Assembly (NCBI RefSeq): GCF_039654945.1
Contig: NW_027361794.1
Span: forward strand, 18,104,001-18,168,000
Direction of reading: 5' to 3'
DNA: 64,000 nucleotides
Origin: Dendrobates tinctorius
Taxonomy: Eukaryota
Shown: one piece after another, positions 22,803 to 35,006 of the stretch
Layout: each line of letters opens with the position of its first letter
How positions within the stretch are numbered: the first letter of the stretch is position 1
Translations under genes and position numbers: made by a program
Notes under the pieces: model-generated
The model's input: the letters and a program-made list of their open reading frames with translations, nothing else
Database searches by the model: none
Told to the model about the DNA's origin: nothing

Positions 22803-23059
22803 TATGGCAGCTCTGTGCGCACAGGACCTGTCATGAGGTCACAGGAGGGGAGGAGTCAGGGGTCACATGATCAGGGCCTCAGTGTATGCAGGACTCTGCT
22901 GTGCTGGTTGTCATGGTGCTGGATGAGGGGAAGTTTCTGTGTGGGGTCAGGAGGGGTTTACAGGGTGGATGTAGCAGAGCCGCGTGTGTACGAGACGTAC
23001 AGAGCCGAGTCGCATGTGTACGGAGAGGAGCCGTGTTCGGAGTGGAGCTGCGTGTCTGT

Positions 23060-25496
23060 CCGGATGAACCCTCTGGAAAAGTTCTCCTGAATATACTCCG
23101 ACATGGCCTGAGTCTCCTCTGGAGATAAAGGGTAGATCCTTTTCCTGGGCGGCGAGGAACCTGGAACAAGCTTGATCGGGCAATCATACAGGCGGTGTGG
23201 AGGAAGGACCTCAGCCTCCTTCTTATTGAAGACGTCCGTATAGCCCCAATAAGCCGAAGGGAGACCTGCGGGAGCAGAGGTGGACTGTGGGAGATTAACA
23301 GGACGAATTGGCTGCATACACTGCTTCTGGCAGGAGGATCCCCCAACGTAGCACATCACCCGAGCACCAATCAAGGATAGGTTCATAGGACCAGAGCCAA
23401 GGCAACACAAGCAACAGTGCGTGTGAGAGGTTCGGTAGTATGTACAAGGCAATGCTCTCCTAATGAAGTGCCCCAATCTGTAGTACTATTTCTTCGGTCA
23501 CCATGGTGACGAGCTCTGGCAAAGGTCTTCCATCAACCGATGCAATCAAACGTGGTCTGTCCAGGGAAACAACAGGTATCTGAAGCCTCCTGACAGTCTT
23601 GAGACTACTTTAATAAAGTTGCCTGCCACACCCGAATCCACATAGGCCACCTCGGAGTAATGTCACTGCTCCAGGTATTTCAAAACTTAAAAAGTCAAGG
23701 GAGATGAGGAATCAGGAACTCCTAAGAAGGCCTCCCCTACCTGTCCTAGAGGAAGAAGTAAACCATCCTCTCTGGAAGCCTTGCAGGATCGTTCCTGGGA
23801 ACACAAATCTATGCATGTGGCCAGGGAGATTAGATCCTCCAAGGAGGTTGAAGTATCTCGCCCCGCGAGCTCATCCTTAATCCAGCCTGACAGCCCATGC
23901 CAGAAAGCACCAACCAGAGCCTCATTATTCCATCCCAACTCGGAGGGTAGGATGCGGACGCGAATGGCGCACTGAGCTACTGACAGGGAACCTTGGCGAA
24001 GGTTGAAAAGGGACCCAGTCATGAAGGCCAGCCATCCTGGTTCATCGAAGACCCTGCGAAAAGTCTCCAAAAAAGCTGCCAATTGGGAGACAATGGGGTC
24101 ATCACGCTCCCACAGGGGATTCACCCAAGCCAAGGCCTCTCCCTCTGGAAGAGATAAAATGAAAGCCACCTTTGCCCGGTCGGTGGGATACCACAGGGGC
24201 AGGAGTTCAAAATGGATGCTGCACTGAGTCAAAAAACGCCTGCACAGATTGGGAAAACTTAGGTGGCTTGCAAGCACGAGGCAGGAAATGTGGCAAGGAC
24301 ACAGAGCCAAAGCCACAGGCTGTTACCTGTACAGAAGCCGCGGAAAACGTGGTGCCAGCGGGGTCCATGGCCTGGTTATTCTGTAACGCCACAGGGAGGC
24401 GAGCAATAAGAGTAGACTCTCTGGACTGTGGAACAGATAGCTCCAGGGAGAGCTGACCTGGTGAAGACTGACCCCTATACAGGGATCATCAGGGACAGGC
24501 CCAGGGATCTCTAATTCTGTGACGACTCCTGGAGTGGACCTTCTGGGTCGTGACACCAACCCACCTAGGGCGAGCTGACCTAGTGAGGACCACTCCCTAT
24601 ACAGGGAGTGTCAGGGGCAAGCCTAAGGGGGTGAGCTACCACGACAGCTGGAACCAGGTGGCCGGCTCACAGGAGACACGAGTGATGTGTCTAGCAACAG
24701 GGAATGTGCAGAGTACAAGAGTGTGCATAGCGTAGACATAGGGACATGCAGGGTATAGGACAATACAGGGCGAGTGTACGGGAGCACTGAGAGTACAGGA
24801 CAATACAAAGCATGTACACGGGAGTACGCTAGATACAGGATAGTGCAAGGTGGGTACACGAGAGCACGTATGGCGTGCATAGACAAGCACGCCCCGGTGC
24901 GAGCAAAGCAGGGCGCGAGCGAAGGAGCACGTCTGAGTACAGAGTTAGGCAAAGTGTGCGCAGAGGGCACGCCTGAGTGCAAGGTTAGAGAGTGGGTGTG
25001 CTGAGAAGCACGACAGGGAGAAGGTAGGAGCTGAGCGTGTGCAAAGGAGTATGACAGAGCAGAGACAGATGCACACTAGCAACGTTGTGCATCCATGGAA
25101 CTAAGTATGAGAGGCGCGTGTGCGGACCCGATGGGAACCCCGGAGCGGCCGCAGCGCCAGACATGGTGACACCGGGCGTGGGGTCCTGCCCCCAGGTGAG
25201 AGCCGCGTGACTGGCGGTGTGACAAATACCACGTTAGCTGATACCAAGAGGGGCGGCTCAGATAGCGGGAGACACATGGGATAGAAGGGAAACGTAGAAG
25301 ACTGACGAACACCAGAGCACTAGAGACAGACATTCACAACGGAGTACAGGAGTATGGATGTGCAGAGCAGTGTAGAGGGTACGGAGAAGTAGAGCAGGAT
25401 ACAGGAATACAGACGTGCAGAGCAGGGTAAAGGAGTACGGACGCGCAGGGTAGAGCACACAGAGAATAGACATGGGCCTGAGTACAGGCAGATATG
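23060..25496 (-). mobile_element. Decayed Ty3/Gypsy (sushi-like) element: partial LTR, gag, protease, start of RT; 3'-truncated
   Basis: LTR end GGCGTTACA followed by ATGGACCCC. Gag CRRFLTQCSIHFEL...AKVAFILSL..GEALAW...FRRVFDEPG, protease VDSGVAGNFI, and pre-RT DVFNKKEAEVLPPHR.YDCPIKL...IYPLS..ETQAMSEYIQEN..RGFIR. Confidence 0.88.
24518..25224 (-). mobile_element. Related solo LTR nested in the Gypsy LTR
   Basis: TGT...ACA termini, imperfect 5-bp TSD (AATTC/AATAC), and a 3' portion resembling the host LTR (CCCTGTATAGGG...CACTAGGTCAGCTCGCCCT). Confidence 0.65.
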
Positions 25497-25754
25497 TACG
25501 CCTGTCCAGGAGCGTGATGCCGGGAGCCATGAAGCAAGCAGGAAGGCGGCAATTATGAGAAGATGGGAGGCGCCAAACCTGGACCTGCAACACCCATCGG
25601 ACCAGACTGCCCCCGGATAAGTACAATAAAACTTATTTATCTTATCTTTCTGGTCGGATTGGGGGCTTATCTACAGTATTATAGAATGCTGTAGATAAGC
25701 CCTGAAAGGCGGTGGCCATATCTGATATCGGCCAAACCTGGTGACAGGTTCCCT
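25497..25754. mobile_element. Kolobok/T2-type MITE, one end only
   Basis: Terminus TTAA-AGGGAACCTGTCACC on the minus strand and an internal hairpin GGGCTTATCTACAG...CTGTAGATAAGCCC. The other end is missing. Confidence 0.65.
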
Positions 25755-26147
25755 TTAATTCCAGTGAGATCATGTAATCCTGTGGTAAGGAGAGCAGAAG
25801 AGCTGATTAACTTGCATAAAAAGTGTTACACAATAGGCTGCCAACGATCTGTAGCATAGGATGGAGAACAAGAAATTGTATTCGCCATGAATGGATGAAT
25901 AATTCCAAGTGGCAGGCAACTTGGGAACCGCTATGTATACTGAAAAGATAGAACAACTATTTCAGCTGTAAAGGTAGATAGTTATGAGCTGTGAAAGTGT
26001 CCAGTATCGAGATCATGGTAACGACCGTGCTGCGTGCCAGGCGTGGTCCAAAGAAGCGTGCGCTCCATTATCCCAAGCCCGGATATATAATGTGCCGTCA
26101 GTAAAGAGAATGGCCAAAAGAATTAATAATGGGTGCTGGACCGAATA

Positions 26148-27586
26148 CAGTGGGTACGGAAAATATTCAGACCCCTTTACATTTTTCACTCTTTGTTTCA
26201 TTGCAGCCATTAAGAAAATTCAAAAAAGTTCATTATTTCTCATTAATGTACAATCTGCAGATCATTTTGACTGAAAAAAAACAGAAATGTAGAAATTTTG
26301 CAAATTTATTACAAAAGAAAAACTGAAATATCACATGGTTATAAGTATTCAGACCCTCTGGTCAGACACTCATATTTAATTTACATGCTGTCCATTTCCT
26401 TGTGATCTTCCTTGAATCGATTCTTCACCTTCATTGTAGTCCAGATGTATTTAATTAAACTGATAGGACTTGATTTGCAAAGGCACACACCTGTCTATAT
26501 AAGACCTCACAGTGCATGTCAGACCAAATGAGAATAATGAGGTCAAAGGGACTTGCCAAGGAGCTCAGACAGAATTGTGTTGAGTCACAGATCTGGCCAA
26601 GGTTACAAAAGAATTTCTGCAGTACTCAAGGTTCCTAAGAACACAGTAGCCTCCATAATCCTTAAATGGAAGAAGTTTGGAACCACGAGAAGTCTTCCTA
26701 GACCTGGCCGTCCAGCCAAACTAAGCAATCGTTGGCGAAGAGCCTTGGTAAGAGAGGTAGAAGAAGAACCCCAAGATCACTGTGGCTGAGCTCCACAGAT
26801 GCAGTAGGGAGATGGGAGGAAGTTACACAAAGTTAAATATTACTGCAGCCCTCCACCAGTCGGGCCTTTATGGCAGAGTGGCCTGACAGAATCCCCTCCT
26901 CAGTGCAAGACATATGAAAACCCGCATTGATTTTGCTAAAAAAACATGAAGGACTCCGAGACTATGAGAAATAAGATTATCTGGTCTGATGAGACGAAGA
27001 TAGAATTATCACCAAAAAGGTCTAAGCGGTACCTGTGGAAAAAAACAGGCACTGCTCATCACCTGCCCAATACAATCCTAACAGTGAAACATGGTGGTGG
27101 CAGCATCATGCTATGGGGGTGTTTTTCAGCTGCAGGGACTGGATGACTGGTTGACATTGAAGGAAACTTGAATATGGCCAAGTAGAGAGATATCCTGGAT
27201 GAAAACCTCTGCCAGAGTGCTTTGGACCTCAGAATTGGTCAAAGGTTCACCTTCCAACAAGACAATGACCCTTAAGAACACAGCTAAAATAGGAAAGGAG
27301 TGACTTCAGAACAACTCTGTGACCATTCTTGACTGACCCAGACAGATCCCTGACTTAAACCCAAGTGAGCATCTCTGAAGGACCTGAAAATGTCTGTCCA
27401 CCAAAGTTCACCTTCCAAGCTGACGGAACTGGCGTGGATCTGCAAGGAAGAATGACAGATGATCCCCAAATCCAGGGGTGAAAAACTTTTTGCATCATTC
27501 CCAAGACGACTCATGGCTGTACTAGCTCAAAAGGATGCCTCTACTCAATACTGAGCAAAAGGTCTGAATACTTTCTGTACCCACTG
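26148..27586 (+). mobile_element. Tc1-like DNA transposon, full length, transposase decayed
   Basis: TA-flanked TIRs CAGTGGGTACGGAAAATATTCAGACC / GGTCTGAATACTTTCTGTACCCACTG. Fragments [54 protein letters not shown] and FQQDNDP. Confidence 0.95.
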
Positions 27587-27876
27587 TATGTATGGAGATA
27601 AACATGAAAAAGGAAGCATTATACCTATAGAGGGTGGAGTGGTGAAAAAAGTGTTTCCTCTATGAGCAACCTATTAATGTGTGTGAATATTAGCGGTGAG
27701 CTGTAAAGTGTTAAAGTGTGGATAAACACTTAAGAAAAATGAAAATAAGGGACTAGTGCATGCAATATTACTGTGCAAAAATGGAAATAATAAAAGTGCG
27801 GATGTGCTGCTAAGTACTAAACTGAAAATTATCCCAATTGTAAAAGATGTTTTTTGCTGTTAATGTGAATAGTTAA

Positions 27877-28578
27877 GGCTAGTTTCACACTTGCTTTTTT
27901 TTGCAGCGCGTTTTTCCCGCAAAAAAACGCATTGAAAAAACGCATACAAACGCATACAGATGCTGCGTTTTTTTCAAGCATTTTTATGAGCATGCATGAA
28001 AAAAACGCAGCGTTTTTATGCGTTTGTATGCGTTTTTAGTGCGTTTTTACCACATTTGCGTTTTTTTCCAACATTAGGTGGCCCCTCACACTAACCCAAA
28101 CCATGACTTTACTAACCCTGACCCTGACCCTAACCCTAACCCTTAACCAAACCATACCCTGATCCTAACCCTGACCCTAACCCTAACCCCCTTAATTAAC
28201 CCTAACTCTAACCCAAACCCCTAAATTCCATTGTCTAAACGAATGGTAAAAAAAAAACGCATGTGCAAAAAAACGCATACATAAGCATGCCAATGCGCAC
28301 ATATGCTCACCATAGACTTATAATGGGTGTCTTGCTGTAAAAAAACGCATTGCGCGCGCATGCGTTTTTTTGAGGCAAGTCGGACGCCCAAAAAATGCAA
28401 CAGGATGCATTTTGTGCGCCCGAGCGCATACCGCAAAAAAACGCATGCGCGGAAAAACGCATACAAACGCATGTGTATGCGCACATAAGCGCATCCCATG
28501 CAAAATATAGGAAAAAAAAAACGCATGCGTTTTTTAGCGCTAAAATCCCGCAAAAAAAACGCAAGTGTGAAACCAGCC
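27877..28578. mobile_element. PIF/Harbinger MITE with a telomere-like (CCCTAA/CCCTGA)n core
   Basis: TIRs GGCTAGTTTCACACTTGC / GCAAGTGTGAAACCAGCC, TAA TSD, AAAACGCA sub-repeats and a hexamer tract at about 28110-28223. Confidence 0.88.
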
Positions 28579-28651
28579 TAAGCAAGTTAAAGATTAAGAG
28601 ATGTCTAAAAGGTCTAAAGTTAAAGATGACACGTTTCCTTTATATTTTAGG

Positions 28652-28654
<3 letters not shown>

Positions 28655-28694
<40 letters not shown>

Positions 28695-28917
28695 TACAGG
28701 CCAAAAGTTTGGACACACCTTCTCATTGAAAGAGTTTTCTTTATTTTCATGACTATGAAAATTGTAGATTCACTCTGAAGGCATCAAAACTATGAATTAA
28801 CACATGTGGAATTATATAATTAGCAAAAAAAGTGTGAAACAACTGAAAATATGTCTTATATTCTAGGTTCTTAAAAGTAGCCACCTTTTGCTTTGATTAC
28901 TTATTTGCACATTCTTG
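28655..28917 (+). mobile_element. (TA)n microsatellite followed by a truncated Tc1 terminal repeat
   Basis: (TA)n then CAGTACAGGCCAAAAGTTTGGACACACC, a typical vertebrate Tc1 terminus. Similarity appears to end near 28917, where the PLE2 tail abuts. Confidence 0.7.
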
Positions 28918-31900
28918 AACCCAATACCAATGAGTATGGTGGAAGATGATGCTGACAAAGTGCCAAATGAAAATAATATATACAGCAACACGTAAAAATA
29001 AAAACACCTTTATTGAAATATAAATGGGTGTACACTTAAAATAAATAAAAAGGCATCCCAAATAAATGCGTAATGTTGAATTATAATAAACTTCAACATA
29101 GGGTAAAATATATACCCATAGAGAACAGGCTCAATGCTATACAGTAGAAGAAATGACTGTACACTTATTAAAGCCCCCCCAAAAAATATGTATACAATGC
29201 ACAATATAATAATAAATAACCAAAAAGTATATATATATATACAGTGTGCAAATAATAACAACTGCTGTGCATACAAAGTGCAATAAAATAAGAAGTGCAA
29301 TGAAAAATAGATAAATGATATGCAGTGCACAATTAGAAGGGTGACACTACTGAGGTGCCACACAATGTGAAAAAAGAAGAAATGGGAGCTAGGAATGGAC
29401 AGAGTAATACCTAATGAGCCAGTGGATGGTGCCTGGGAATGCCTGTGAACGCGCCCCGACGCGCGTTTCGGAATAGAACTTCCTTCGTCAGGGGGTGGGT
29501 ATAAGACTGGTCGGTACATCCTTATATACTGGACTAATTAGCGGGCAGGTCACATAACGGCGCATGCGCCGCCGCCGCGACCCGGAAGACACATCGCGCG
29601 CGGCGTCACATGACCAAGTACCGCCGGGTAAACCCGGCGTGTCCGGCCATGAGGAGACGCCGTCGCCATGTGAACAACCGGCGCCGAGGCGGCGCATGCG
29701 CACCAGTGCCCGTCCATGAGAAATTGAGGGCTGTGTAAGTACAGCTGTTGCTGCATAAAACCTCATAACTTAGTACATCACTGCAATGGATGTATTACTA
29801 ATGGGGACAAGATTATATACATATATATATATGTAAAAATGAATAAAAAGAAAATAAATAGTGAAAAAAATATATAATAACAATTAAATATGTGCAATAA
29901 TAATTAATATAATTATATACAATGAGGTGCATAAACACATGAGAAACAATATGTGTGACAATTAAGAAAAAAAAAAAATAAAAAAAAAAAAAAATAAAAA
30001 TAAAGAGTAAAAAATAAAAAAATAATAGAAAAATGAAGCGTGAGAATAAAATGACAATTAATATAACATGCCAAAAATTATTATATGAATGCTGTTTCAA
30101 CATCCAAATACCATAATATAATGTGTAAATACAATATATATGTGCGCAAGTCTTGTCACTTTTTCTTGTTAATCAATGTGAATGATCCACCATGACACAT
30201 ATGTCGACCAGACCATCTAAAATAAATATACAAAATGTATAAAATATTAATAAGTGTACAAGATATACTATTCATAAAAACGGAATAAAAGAAAGACTCT
30301 CGTTCAAACCCAGTGGGGACACAGTATTCAGTGTCCAAATCCACTGGGTTTCTAATTGAGCAAGACGTTTGCTGATATTGCCTCCCCTAATCCCCCTACA
30401 AATCATGTCAATCCCAGACACCTTTAATAAAGTAGGATCACAGTTGTGATACATTTTAAAATGTTTTGGCAAGGTTTTAAGGGAGGCAATATCATCAACC
30501 TCCCCAGCTGCCTTTATGCCCAAGACATGCTCGCGAACCCTCACCTTGAGCTGGCGAGTGGTGAGGCCAACGTAGATGAGGGAACACGGGCATGTAGCAT
30601 AGTAAATCACAGCTGTTGATGAACAAGTGATAGATTTTTTGATATTGTAGACACGCAATCCGTCAGAACTAGTAAAAGAATGAGCTCTGACAATGTTACA
30701 ACAGGCAACACAAGAACCGCAGGGTTTGCACCCCACGGATCGTGTGTATTGAGTCATGAAATTATTTGCCGGTATAGGAATATAATGACTTTTAACCAAC
30801 CGGTCACCAAGATTTGATGATCTGCGAAAAGCCAATGTTTGGAAAGTCACCAATATACTTGGAGAGTATCGGGTCATTTTTTAAGATAAGATTCTATTTA
30901 AAGAAATTTTGGCCTATCTGTTCATTTTGACCATTAAACGTGGTTATAAACCTAACCAACTCCTTAGATTCAGATCTATTCGTGTCAGTATAAAGAGCAT
31001 TATGACGTGACGTGTGCATAGCCCTGTTGAAGGCTCTCTTCAATGATCGCCTGCTATACCCACGTTCGAGGAATCTCTCTTTTAATAAATCAGCCTGTTT
31101 TAAAAAATCAGTGTCTGTAGAACAAATCCGTCTAAGACGTAGGAATTGTCCAATGGGTATTGAATTTATAAGAGTACGAGGGTGAGAGGATGAAGCGTGG
31201 AGGAGTGCATTAACAGAGGTGTGTTTTCTAAATAAATCTGTCTGAAGAAAATTGTCCGAATCTCTCCTCACTAGGACATCAAGGAACTCGATGGTTTTCA
31301 AATCACTATGATGTGTGAGATGTACATTGATATTATTAGAATTTAATACATCAATGAAATCAGGTAACACACCGATGGGATCCTGCCAAATAAAGAAAAT
31401 GTCGTCAATGTAGCGTGTCCAAAAGAGAACACGCTCCATTTGTTCAATCTTTCCAGATAAAAAAAGGTCCCTTTCCCACAGACCCAGGAACAGGTTGGCG
31501 TAAGATGGGGCAAAGGAGGCACCCATGGCTATTCCCTGGGTCTGTAGGAAAAAGGAATCCTTGAAAATAAAAAAATTGTGTGACAATGCAAACTCTAATA
31601 AATTAATAAAAAATATAATAAAAGCTCGTGAAAAGGAAGAATGTTGTAAAAAATAAGACACAGCCGCTATCCCATCGGTGTGCTTGATGTTGGTGTATAA
31701 AGATTCAACGTCACATGTGACAAAAGAAGAATCTTCATCGATATGCAAACCATCGACTTTCCTGAGGAAATCATTGGTATCCCTAGTATATGATGGGAGG
31801 GCAATGACAAATGGTTGTAAGATATGGTCAATATATTTATTTACATTTTCTAAAAAGTTACCCCTCCCCGATATAATGGGCCTACCAGGTGGTATCTCTT

Positions 31901-32150
31901 TATTTTTATGTATTTTGGGTAGCAGATATAGGGTGGGAACGGTGGGTTCATGAACTTGTAAGGCCAAAAAGAGGTCATTGGAAATAATATCATCCTCTTT
32001 AGCATCATTCAGTAATTTTTTCAATTCAGCCGGGAATTTCAAAAGAGGATTAAACGTCAGTCTCTTATAACAATCCAAATTATCTAGCTGACGAAATGCC
32101 TCATTTTCGTACATAACTTTAGGCCATACCACCACATTCCCACCCTTATC
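28918..32150 (-). mobile_element. Penelope-like element 2 (Neptune-type), 5'-truncated at the DKG motif
   Basis: RT 30894-32135 (DKGGNVVV, YLLPKIHK, PGRPIIS, CDVESLYTNI, QTQGIAMG, RYIDD) and CxxCxxC plus GIY-YIG 30272-30877 (VIYYATCPCSLIYVGLT, GLNE). A hammerhead and AATAAA lie in the tail. The 3' boundary is approximate. Confidence 0.95.
29454..29495 (-). ncRNA. Minimal type I hammerhead ribozyme (PLE2)
   Basis: CCCC-CTGACGA-A-GGAA-GTTCTA-TTCC-GAA-ACGCGCGT-C-GGGG: canonical core, palindromic stem III, GUC cleavage triplet. Confidence 0.88.
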
Positions 32151-34680
32151 TGGAAAGATTGAACAAATGGATCTGGTTCTCTTTTGGACACGCTACATTG
32201 ACGACATTTTCTTTATTTGGCAGGATCCCATCGGTGTGTTACCTGATTTCATTGATGTATTAAATTCTAATAATATCAATGTATATCTCACACATCATAG
32301 TGATTTGAAAACCATCGAGTTCCTTGATGTCCTAGTGAGGAGAGATTCGGACAATTTTCTTCAGACAGATTTATTTAGAAAACACACCTCTGTTAATGCA
32401 CTCCTCCACGCTTCATCCTCTCACCCTCGTACTCTTATAAATTCAATTCCCATTGGACAATTCCTACGTCTTAGACGGATTTGTTCTACAGACACTGATT
32501 TTTTAAAACAGGCTGATTTATTAAAAGAGAGATTCCTCGAACGTGGGTATAGCAGGCGATCATTGAAGAGAGCCTTCAACAGGGCTATGCACACGTCACG
32601 TCATAATGCTCTTTATACTGACACGAATAGATCTGAATCTAAGGAGTTGGTTAGGTTTATAACTACGTTTAATGGTCAAAATGAACAGATAGGCCAAAAT
32701 TTCTTTAAATAGAATCTTATCTTAAAAAATGACCCGATACTCTCCAAGTATATTGGTGACTTTCCAAACATTGCTTTTCGCAGATCATCAAATCTTGGTG
32801 ACCGGTTGGTTAAAAGTCATTATATTCCTATACCGGCAAATAATTTCATGACTCAATACACACGACCCGTGGGGTGCAAACCCTGCGGTTCTTGTGTTGC
32901 CTGTTGTAACATTGTCAGAGCTCATTCTTTAACTAGTTCTGACGGATTGCGTGTCTACAATATCAAAAAATCTATCACTTGTTCATCAACAGCTGTGATT
33001 TACTATGCTACATGCCCGTGTTCCCTCATCTACGTTGGCCTCACCACTCGCCAGCTCAAGGTGAGGGTTCGCGAGCATGTCTTGGGCATAAAGGCAGCTG
33101 GGGAGGTTGATGATATTGCCTCCCTTAAAACCTTGCCAAAACATTTTAAAATGTATCACAACTGTGATCCTACTTTATTAAAGGTGTCTGGGATTGACAT
33201 GATTTGTAGGGGGATTAGGGGAGGCAATATCAGCAAACGTCTTGATCAATTAGAAACCCAGTGGATTTGGACACTGAATACTGTGTCCCCACTGGGTTTG
33301 AACGAGAGTCTTTCTTTTATTCCGTTTATATGAATAGTATATCTTGTACACTTATTAATATTTTATACATTTTGTATATTTATTTTAGATGGTCTGGTCG
33401 GCATATGTGTCATGGTGGATCATTCACATTGATTAACAAGAAAAAGTGACAAGACTTGCGCACATATATATTGTATTTACACATTATATTATGGTATTTG
33501 GATGTTGAAACAGCATTCATATAATAATTTTTGGCATGTTATATTAATTGTCATTTTATTCTCACGCTTCATTTTTCTATTATTTTTTTATTTTTTACTC
33601 TTTATTTTTATTTTTTATTTTTTTATTTTTTATTTTTTTCTTAATTGTCACACATATTGTTTCTCATGTGTTTATGCACCTCATTGTATGTAATTATATT
33701 AATTATTATTGCACATATTTAATTGTTATTATATATTTTTTTCACTATTTATTTTCTTTTTATTCATTTTTACATATATATATGTATATAATCTTGTCCC
33801 CATTAGTAATACATCCATTGCAGTGATGTACTAAGTTATGAGGTTTTATGCAGCAACAGCTGTACTTACACAGCCCTCAATTTCTCATGGACGGGCACTG
33901 GTGCGCATGCGCCGCCTCGGCGCCGGTTGTTCACATGGCGACGGCGTCTCCTCATGGCCGGACACGCCGGGTTTACCCGGCGGTACTTGGTCATGTGACG
34001 CCGCGCGCGATGTGTCTTCCGGGTCGCGGCGGCGCATGCGCCGTTATGTGACCTGCCCGCTAATTAGTCCAGTATATAAGGATGTACCGACCAGTCTTAT
34101 ACCCACCCCCTGACGAAGGAAGTTCTATTCCGAAACGCGCGTCGGGCAGCGTTCACAGGCATTCCCAGGCACCATCCACTGGCTCATTAGGTATTACTCT
34201 GTCCATTCCTAGCTCCCATTTCTTCTTTTTTCACATTGTGTAGCACCTCAGTAGTGTCACCCTTCTAATTGTGCACTGCATATCATTTATCTATTTTTCA
34301 TTGCACTTCTTATTTTATTGCACTTTGTATGCACAGCAGTTGTTATTATTTGCACACTGTATATATATACTTTTTGGTTATTTATTATTATATTGTGCAT
34401 TGTATGCATATTTTTTGGGGGGGCTTTAATAAGTGTACAGTCATTTCTTCTACTGTATAGCATTGAGCCTGTTCTCTATGGGTATATATTTTACCCTATG
34501 TTGAAGTTTATTATAATTCAACACTACGCATTTATTTGGGATGCCTTTTTATTTATTTTAAGTGTACACCCATTTATATTTCAATAAAGGTGTTTTTATT
34601 TTTACGTGTTGCTGTATATATTATTTTCATTTGGCACTTTGTCAGCATCATCTTCCACCATACTCATTGGTATTGGGTTC
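32146..34680 (+). mobile_element. Inverted, shorter copy of PLE2 (RT C-terminal half, GIY-YIG, tail)
   Basis: ORFs 32167-32712 and 32806-33333 mirror 30894-31440 and 30272-30800, including the shared FFK* stop. Confidence 0.95.
34107..34146 (+). ncRNA. Minimal type I hammerhead ribozyme (mirror copy)
   Basis: CCC-CTGACGA-A-GGAAGTTCTATTCC-GAA-ACGCGCGT-C-GGG. Confidence 0.85.
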
Positions 34681-35006
34681 AAGAATGTGCAAATAAGTAA
34701 TCAAAGCAAAAGGTGGCTACTTTTAAGAACCTAGAATATAAGACATATTTTCAGTTGTTTCACACTTTTTTTGTTAATTATATAATTCCACATGTTAATT
34801 CATAGTTTTGATGCCTTCAGAGTGAATCTACAATTTTCATAGTCATGAAAATAAAGAAAACTCTTTCAATGAGAAGGTGTGTCCAAACTTTTGGCCTGTA
34901 CTGTATATATATATATATATATATATATATTTGCCTAAAATATAAAGGAAACGTGTCATCTTTAACTTTAGACCTTTTAGACATCTCTTAATCTTTAACT
35001 TGCTTA

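Noticed and set aside
23687-24316. Domesticated PEG10/RTL1-like gene
   Set aside because: It is frameshifted, sits next to its LTR and decayed protease/RT, and is disrupted by CR1 in the mirror, so it is an ordinary dead Gypsy element.
25760-26145. Possible very old retroelement fragment around the Tc1 insertion
   Set aside because: Only a faint resemblance, with no motif that can be supported without a search.
29010-30103. Hydrophobic membrane-protein-like ORFs (also 33502-34587)
   Set aside because: They are translations of T-rich low-complexity PLE tail sequence.
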